A stretch of 61,353 nucleotides of DNA, the filler included, from Gemmatimonadota bacterium (GTDB lineage Bacteria; 4572-55; J002), in assembly GCA_003697105.1 (NCBI GenBank). It is 3 parts of 3 records of this genome, joined end to end, with 100 filler letters (N's around TTAATTAATTAA, not from the genome) between each part and the next. Parts side by side here need not be neighbours in the genome. Positions count along the whole stretch, not along the records: positions 37,798 to 61,353 come from RFFQ01000184.1; 2 more parts are not named here. The stretch is one strand, 5' to 3'. The notes under the pieces are model-generated. The model searched no databases. It was not told the DNA's origin and saw nothing but the letters and a program-made list of their open reading frames with translations. Numbering within the stretch: the stretch's first letter is position 1; each line of letters opens with the position of its first letter. Shown one piece after another: positions 56,922 through 61,353 of the stretch. The translations under genes were made by a program, and so were the position numbers.

Positions 56922-58367
56922 TTAACGTAGAAAAATAAATGTTATCAGGATAAAAACCGGAAAAAGAATAAGCGCCGCTCGTAACATATATCCAAAAAAT
57001 GAAGGCATCGGTGTACCTTTATTTTCGACAATAGACCGCACCATAAAATTGGGTCCATTGCCAATATAGGAATTTGCACCCATAAAGACCGCCCCCAAAC
57101 TGATGGCTTTTAGCAGTTGTTCCCCTGCATGCCCTATCTGATCTTTTAGTAAAATCAAATCGCCTATTTGGTGAAGGGTCACCGAATATTGGGATTCAAT
57201 CACGCCTTGGGCAATAGACCCAAAGGTGAGGTATGTCGGCGCATTATCGAGCACGGATGATAGTAATCCGGTTGACCAAAAAAATTGCCACGGCTCAACA
57301 ATACCCAGCGTTCCCCCTTTTGCTTTTAGGATCAGCATCGCTGGGATCATGGTCGTAAAAATGCCCGCAAACAGGACGGCAACTTCTTTCACCGGATAAA
57401 AATTAAACTCGTTCTTCTGATGGACTTCTTGGGGGGTGCGGAGGTACGAGACAATCGCCGCTAGGGCAATGACTCCATCGCGAGTCAAGCCCGCCCACAT
57501 TTCTGGTTGTGGCAGGTGCAACCGCTCATAAGCGGTATGAATTTCAGACGTCATTAGTACTGCTCCCAGTACAATACCCAACGGAATAAAATTACGGATG
57601 CCTTCTAACCCGAAGGTTTCGCCGCTATTGGGGGTCTCGGAGAGGCTTTCCTTCCGGTATGCTATTGTATCCCACACGAAAAAGATCGTAATCAACATAC
57701 CAACGGCAGTCAACCATTCCGGGAAGAGGTGCAACGTCCAGAAAAAGGGTACCCCGCGTAAAAAACCTAAAAAGAGCGGGGGATCGCCAAGTGGGGTTAA
57801 ACAACCACCAATGTTGCTCACCAAAAAGATAAAAAACAGCGGAATATGGGCGATATTCTGGCGGTGTTTGTTTGCCCGGAGTACCGGCCGGATGAGTAAC
57901 ATACTGGCGCCCGGCGTTCCTATGAAATTTGCCAGTATCGCTCCAACACCCAAAAAACTGGTATTTACAACCGGTGTTCCCTTCAATTCGCCACGAATGT
58001 AAATCCCTCCAGAAATTGTGAATAGCGCCCCGACATACACAATAAAGGAGATATATTCAAGCCCGGTGTGAACCAACTGGTGATAATCAATGAACAAAAA
58101 ATAAATAAACATTGGGCCGCCCCAAATGGCGGAAACCAAGGCTTGGTTCCGGGTGAGATGCCACCAATGCGCCTTTATCAGTGGAATCACCGCAATACTG
58201 ATGAGCATTGCCGCAAACGGAAGAACCGTCCACAGCGGTAAGACTGTCCCAAGGGATGGGCTACTATGCTCCATTGCATCGCCGGCGGCTTGTGCCAATG
58301 CGGGTACTGCCCCAAACACCAACAAGCCCAGCGACAAAATAGGTCTCCTGAAGAACGATTTGAGCAT
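56922..58367 (-). CDS. Putative Na+/H+ antiporter (IT/ArsB-NhaD superfamily)
   Basis: More than 10 TMs; NIGGCLTPLGDPPL, LDNAPTY, YIGNGPNFMV. Start uncertain. Confidence 0.82.
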   Translation of the reverse strand: MLKSFFRRPILSLGLLVFGAVPALAQAAGDAMEHSSPSLGTVLPLWTVLPFAAMLISIAVIPLIKAHWWHLTRNQALVSAIWGGPMFIYFLFIDYHQLVHTGLEYISFIVYVGALFTISGGIYIRGELKGTPVVNTSFLGVGAILANFIGTPGASMLLIRPVLRANKHRQNIAHIPLFFIFLVSNIGGCLTPLGDPPLFLGFLRGVPFFWTLHLFPEWLTAVGMLITIFFVWDTIAYRKESLSETPNSGETFGLEGIRNFIPLGIVLGAVLMTSEIHTAYERLHLPQPEMWAGLTRDGVIALAAIVSYLRTPQEVHQKNEFNFYPVKEVAVLFAGIFTTMIPAMLILKAKGGTLGIVEPWQFFWSTGLLSSVLDNAPTYLTFGSIAQGVIESQYSVTLHQIGDLILLKDQIGHAGEQLLKAISLGAVFMGANSYIGNGPNFMVRSIVENKGTPMPSFFGYMLRAALILFPVFILITFIFLR

Positions 58368-58383
58368 CAGTTCAATTTTCTGG

Positions 58384-58983
58384 CTAATGAACAATGAATT
58401 TTAAGACCACAAACCCTAAGATCAACAAGATAGTAAACAAAATAGCGAGGATGTCAAAATATTTTTCGATGAAGGTACGGATGCTTGCCCCAAAGAGGAA
58501 GATCAAGCCTCCGACGAAAAAAAACCGGAATCCACGTCCGATAATCGAGGCACCCACAAAGGTCAAAAAATTAAAATGAAAGACTCCAGAAGCGATGGTG
58601 AACACCTTGTAAGGAATGGGGGTGATGGCGGCAACTAAGATGCCCCAAAAGCCATAGGTATCATACCAAAATTGGATTTTCGCCATTACCGCCTGCCCGT
58701 GATAAAACTCAACGATCTGAACACCGATGGTATCGTAAGCAAATAATCCGATTCCATAGCCTAGCATACCCCCCACAACCGAACCAGTCGTGCAGATCAA
58801 GGCGTATAAGAAGGACTTGCGGGGGATGGAAACGGCAAGGGCAATCAGGAGCACATCGGGGGGAATCGGGAAGAATGAAGATTCCGCAAATGCTAACAGG
58901 AAGAGCGCCGGCACGGCATACGGTGTTTCTGCCCAGTGCAATACCCAGTCATACAACCGGCGGATTATGTTCGGTTTTGCCAC
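58384..58983 (-). CDS. YqaA/DedA (VTT domain) membrane protein
   Basis: AFAESSFFPIPPD, TPIPYKVFTIASG; GTG start after GGAGGT. Confidence 0.9.
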   Translation of the reverse strand: MAKPNIIRRLYDWVLHWAETPYAVPALFLLAFAESSFFPIPPDVLLIALAVSIPRKSFLYALICTTGSVVGGMLGYGIGLFAYDTIGVQIVEFYHGQAVMAKIQFWYDTYGFWGILVAAITPIPYKVFTIASGVFHFNFLTFVGASIIGRGFRFFFVGGLIFLFGASIRTFIEKYFDILAILFTILLILGFVVLKFIVH

Positions 58984-59726
58984 AAATTGACCTCCCACTC
59001 CCGAATATGAGAAATGGTTTCATAGTGCGTTAAGTCCAGATGAATTGGGGTAATCGAGATGTAATCATTCTCGATGGCATAGGTGTCGGTATCCGTGCCC
59101 AAATCCGTGTTGACGGGTGTACCCGCAAGCCAGTAATAATTGCGTCCCCGCGGGTCTTCTTTTTTAACTACTGGATTCTGGTAGGTGCGTTTCCCCAATC
59201 GTGTGATGCGCACTCCCCGAATCTCACCGGCGTCAACTGCCGGAATATTGACATTCAACAGGACATCCTGTGGCAGACCGTGTTCCAGCACCTGTTTAAC
59301 TAAGGTGGCGGCAAAATCGGCGGCAACTTGATAGTTTTCCGATTCATAACTTGCCAGCGAAAACGCAATGGCGGGAACGCCCAACAAAGTACTCTCCATG
59401 GCGGCGGCAACTGTGCCGGAATAGGTAACGTCATCTGCTAGATTGGGACCTCGATTAATACCGGAGACCAGAATATCGGGTTGCCGGTCTAATAAGGAAC
59501 GGAGTGCCAACATCACGGAATCCGTGGGTGTGCCACTTACCGCGATGGTTTCTGAATCAAGATGGGTTGCCCGAATCGGTTGGTGAAAGGTGAGCGAGTG
59601 GCTTGTGGCGCTTTGTTCACGGTCGGGAGCGACGATAATGGTCTCTCCGAGAGTTCGCATGGCGTCGCGTAAGGCTTGGATTCCCGGCGCCTGAACACCA
59701 TCATCATTGCTAATTAAAATGTACAT
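58965..59726 (-). CDS. surE: 5'/3'-nucleotidase SurE
   Basis: ILISNDDG, GTPTD, SGINRGPN, YSGTVAAAME. Confidence 0.96.
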   Translation of the reverse strand: MYILISNDDGVQAPGIQALRDAMRTLGETIIVAPDREQSATSHSLTFHQPIRATHLDSETIAVSGTPTDSVMLALRSLLDRQPDILVSGINRGPNLADDVTYSGTVAAAMESTLLGVPAIAFSLASYESENYQVAADFAATLVKQVLEHGLPQDVLLNVNIPAVDAGEIRGVRITRLGKRTYQNPVVKKEDPRGRNYYWLAGTPVNTDLGTDTDTYAIENDYISITPIHLDLTHYETISHIREWEVNLWQNRT

Positions 59727-59741
59727 ATTTTCCTATATTTT

Positions 59742-60215
59742 TTAAGAGGTTAGCGTCGATACGATGCGTTGAAGTTCTGTTTCGAGTGTCTGAATCTGGT
59801 TGAGATCGATGTAAATCACATTTTCGCTGGGGGTCTGTGCTTCTTGGTGCGAGATCACCACAAACGAAAGATGCGGGTATGCGCGGGCATAATCTTCTAG
59901 CGGCGCTGGATCATCCGGTAGGACAACCACAACCAACTGTACCGGATTTGCCAACGCGATGTCCAGTGCCGCCAATGGTCGCGCATCCCGGTCGGGTATA
60001 AACTCCAACCAATCCATCTGACCGGTCTGGGACGTGGAGATAATTGTCTGGTTTAGAATTCGCGTAAGGGTTGCCGGTTCATTCGGGGCGTGAATGACGG
60101 CTCCTAAAATGGAAGGGGTTCTTCCCTCCTCGGCGGGGGTTTCCCAACCCAGCCATGAGGTGCATTGCTGGGGCAGACTCACCAGTAACAACATTCCCAC
60201 TAACATGGGTTTCAT
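59742..60215 (-). CDS. Hypothetical exported protein, possibly a degenerate BMP-like binding domain
   Basis: ATGA overlap with the upstream stop; hydrophobic N-terminus; YARAYPHLSFVVI resembles the BMP 'AxxYPxxxF' motif. Confidence 0.5.
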   Translation of the reverse strand: MKPMLVGMLLLVSLPQQCTSWLGWETPAEEGRTPSILGAVIHAPNEPATLTRILNQTIISTSQTGQMDWLEFIPDRDARPLAALDIALANPVQLVVVVLPDDPAPLEDYARAYPHLSFVVISHQEAQTPSENVIYIDLNQIQTLETELQRIVSTLTS

Positions 60216-61042
60216 GTCAAATTTTTTTCGATTGCGTCTAAACAAGATAGAAGGTAGATGGTGCGGTACGTTTCGATCATATTGACACCAACCAGCGAAA
60301 TCTGATAACCATCCACCCGTTGGACCCCGGGGATCCATTCTGCAATATCGCACAACGTTGTCCGGGGGAAAGTTGCCTTGAGATGGATGGGAGGTTCGAT
60401 AATATAGGGCGGGATTTCATTTGCTTTGACAATGGCGGTGCGGGCGGCGCTTTGAATTTCCTGACAAACATGGTGCGGGTGTAAACAGCGTGCCGCCATA
60501 GACGAATACGCAATTTTCGTTGCCACCGTTTGGGTACCGGGTAGCATTTCATGCACACTATCAATGAGCGACGCATCCCCAGTGACCAAGCCAACCGGAA
60601 TCGAATAATGTCCGGCAACGGCGGCTAATACGCCAACTTCACCATAAGCGCGATCATTAATTTCGATATGCATCACTTCGCTCAAATGCGCCAGGGAAAA
60701 CCCTTTGCCAGAACTGAGATCGGAATGAAATCCCATTAGAAAGACCATATCACAGGGTTCAGCAAAGGTGGCAAATTCGGCTCCAATTTGGGAGGTCAGG
60801 GGACCGCTGATCAACTCCACATCTTCATAAAGATCGACATGCGTGATGTTGCGCATGCTGCCGTAAAAATCCCGAACAATGACTTTCGTGGCACCCGCTT
60901 CAATCGCACCGGTGACCGCGGCATTGATTTCGTCGATTTGTAACTGGCGGATACGGTTATATTCGTGAGGGTTGATCTGCTTCCAGTCTGCACAAACTAC
61001 CCCGCCAACACCTTCTAAATTGGCAATGATAAATATTCTCAC
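60212..61042 (-). CDS. M55 (DppA-like) D-aminopeptidase family protein with substituted metal ligands
   Basis: NLEGVGGV, EINAAVTGA, GFH, GE, VTGD, VATK, family-type C-terminus. Confidence 0.8.
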   Translation of the reverse strand: MRIFIIANLEGVGGVVCADWKQINPHEYNRIRQLQIDEINAAVTGAIEAGATKVIVRDFYGSMRNITHVDLYEDVELISGPLTSQIGAEFATFAEPCDMVFLMGFHSDLSSGKGFSLAHLSEVMHIEINDRAYGEVGVLAAVAGHYSIPVGLVTGDASLIDSVHEMLPGTQTVATKIAYSSMAARCLHPHHVCQEIQSAARTAIVKANEIPPYIIEPPIHLKATFPRTTLCDIAEWIPGVQRVDGYQISLVGVNMIETYRTIYLLSCLDAIEKNLT

Positions 61043-61319
61043 GGATTTTTCCTGCGGGTTCGTGTAAAATTGAAGGCAACATAGTGCGCTGGTAGTCTAC
61101 GATATATCCCGCGTTACGTCAAGCAAATTTTCTCAGGAGAACTACCCCAGCAGAGGGGACGCTCCACCGGACCCCACTGCTAACGGAAACAGAGGTTATT
61201 GAAATAACTCTTGAAAACCGGTCTAAGGCGTATTAAGTTGGGGCAACCGAAAATTAGGTTCTGTTGACATTTCGTAATTTGTTTATGACATATTGTTTCT
61301 TTGAAAGGAGAAACGCCCT

Positions 61320-61353
61320 ATGTCATCAAAATTACGAACGGATCAATGGTCAA
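61320..61353 (+). CDS. Start of a CDS truncated by the window edge
   Basis: AAGGAG RBS followed by ATG and an open frame to the end. Confidence 0.45.
   Translation, partial: MSSKLRTDQWS

Noticed and set aside
61130-61215. Structured-looking intergenic segment with hairpin AGAGGTTATT-G-AAATAACTCT
   Set aside because: It could not be matched to any riboswitch or ncRNA family by eye; an Rfam/Infernal search would be needed.

Overview
This 61-kb window is not one contiguous locus. Two 100-nt N-spacers containing a TTAATTAATTAA linker (28518-28617 and 37698-37797) join three contigs, so synteny holds only within 1-28517, 28618-37697 and 37798-61353. The gene content points to a diderm bacterium, probably FCB-group-like (inference from a PorV-like barrel, an S8 protease with a C-terminal FlgD/T9SS-like sorting domain, and YpdA). 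Most genes are housekeeping or envelope genes: SpoIIE/PP2C phosphatase, ypdA, cinA, cutA, alpha-2-macroglobulin, tRNA-Lys(CTT), tRNA-Arg(TCG), tyrS, three GT4 glycosyltransferases, miaA, dnaA, arcC, accC, flavodoxin, lexA, coaX, oligopeptidase B, a phosphohexomutase and surE. The most unusual signals are: (1) an operon encoding a protein with two intact DnaA-type AAA+ modules but no DnaA domain I or DNA-binding domain IV, coupled to a DUF4388/MshEN-like protein, an unknown helical protein, a lipoprotein and a TolB-like propeller; (2) a TIR-like plus membrane-TPR gene pair that resembles a conflict/defence module; (3) a family of 7/8-nt short tandem repeats that forms about 100-bp direct repeats around the flavodoxin gene and also occurs in a 5'UTR and in frame inside alpha-2-macroglobulin; (4) tandem NrdR-like boxes just after dnaA; (5) an E. 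coli-type CTGT-N8-ACAG box at the lexA promoter; (6) the uncommon tRNA-Arg(UCG). All family calls come from motif recognition by eye; no database search was run.
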